Assembly: GCA_013239625.1 (NCBI GenBank)
Contig: MU053645.1
Coordinates: 558,001 to 622,000 of the forward strand
DNA length: 64,000 bases
Direction of reading: 5' to 3'
From: Lama guanicoe
Taxonomy: Eukaryota
Part shown: in pieces, positions 63,351-64,000 of the stretch
How positions within the stretch are numbered: position 1 is the stretch's first letter
Layout: each line of letters begins with the position of its first letter
Translations under genes and position numbers: made by a program
Notes under the pieces: model-generated
The model's database searches: none
Seen by the model: only the letters and a program-made list of their open reading frames with translations
What the model was told of the DNA's origin: nothing

Positions 63351-63851
63351 ATGTTTATCTTAAATATAAATAGTCTAAATGCACCAATCAAAAGTGTTAT
63401 GATTAGCAGAGTGGATAAAAGAGTAAGATTCAAATATATACTGTTTACAAGAACTCATTTGAATTTCAATAACATAGGTATGTTTAATGTAAAAGGGCGG
63501 GAAAAGATATAGTATGAAATAATGAATACAAAAAGGAGCAGGAGTATCTATATTAATATTAGAGAAAGTAGATTTCAGAGCAAAGAAAACAACTAGAGAC
63601 AAACAGGTATATGACTTAATGATATAATAATCTATCAGGAAGACAAGATGACCCTAAAATGTGTGTGCACCAAACAACACAGCCTAGAAATACAAGAAGC
63701 AAAAACAGATGGAACTATAAAAAGGAATAGACAAATCAACAATTATAGTTGGATACTTCAAGATCCCCATCTCAGCAACTGATAGAACTAATAGACATAA
63801 GATCAGCAATTACATAGAACTGAAAACACAATCAAACAATAAGATCTAATT

Positions 63852-63882
63852 GACGAGATCGGGCACGTTCAGGGTGGTATGG
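63852..63882 (-). pseudogene. 5S rRNA fragment (nt 9-39)
   Basis: Reverse complement CCATACCACCCTGAACGTGCCCGATCTCGTC versus mammalian 5S CCATACCACCCTGAACGCGCCCGATCTCGTC, 30/31 with one CpG transition. Confidence 0.9.
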
Positions 63883-63904
63883 AGTAAAATATCTGAGGGT
63901 GGAA

Positions 63905-64000
63905 TGAGACAGGAGGGAAGGGGGCAGGCCACAGCCACTCAAGGAATGACAGTAACCAAAATGGTAGAAGATTCACCTCCTAGTTGGCCTTGAGGATTAA
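63905..64000 (+). mobile_element. Start of an ERV1 LTR (artiodactyl MER41-like), runs off the window
   Basis: Begins TG, 'tgagacaggagggaagggggcagg..cacagc..aaggaatgaca', recalled as the artiodactyl MER41-like LTR 5' end; preceded by purine-rich 'gagggtggaa'. Confidence 0.6.

Larger units (their letters stand above)
59438..63854 (+). mobile_element. Old L1 (L1M4-like) 5' UTR-ORF1-ORF2 endonuclease, fragmented by nested insertions
   Basis: 5' end 'gatggtggagtaaggacctc..aaaagcagtga', ORF1 remnants ~60600-61400, EN motif LN.N.LNAPIK at ~63360 through 'gatctaattgac'; other L1 pieces at ~60106-60390 and 61001-61072. Confidence 0.75.

Noticed and set aside
63852..63882. Functional 5S rRNA gene
   Set aside because: Only 31 of ~120 nt are present and the internal promoter is absent.

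Overview
AT-rich, CpG-poor, non-coding placental-mammal DNA (intronic or intergenic). It is most likely camelid, because two tRNA-derived SINEs with the Vic-1 architecture lie at ~16.5 kb and ~50.0 kb. A large part of the window is interspersed repeats recognised by eye: MIR, L2, L3/CR1, old and younger L1 fragments, MaLR (MLT1) LTRs, ERV1-type LTRs and hAT MITEs (MER5, MER20, MER45A, Charlie). Subfamily names come from memory of consensus sequences, and repeat boundaries are approximate unless a TSD is quoted. I could not identify any protein-coding gene; the six-frame ORFs are chance ORFs or decayed TE ORFs. I found no convincing new biological system. The best leads are: (i) a frame-preserving 75-nt minus-strand candidate exon with strong splice signals (34638-34712); (ii) a 31-nt antisense 5S rRNA fragment fused between an L1 endonuclease remnant and a PPT plus ERV LTR (63852-64000); (iii) a chimeric old/young L1 3' end inside one TSD pair (44033-44414); (iv) three 5'-inverted (twin-primed) L1 insertions, one possibly carrying a 3' transduction; (v) a perfect 19-bp hairpin with an overlapping direct repeat, a template-switch scar (1986-2042).
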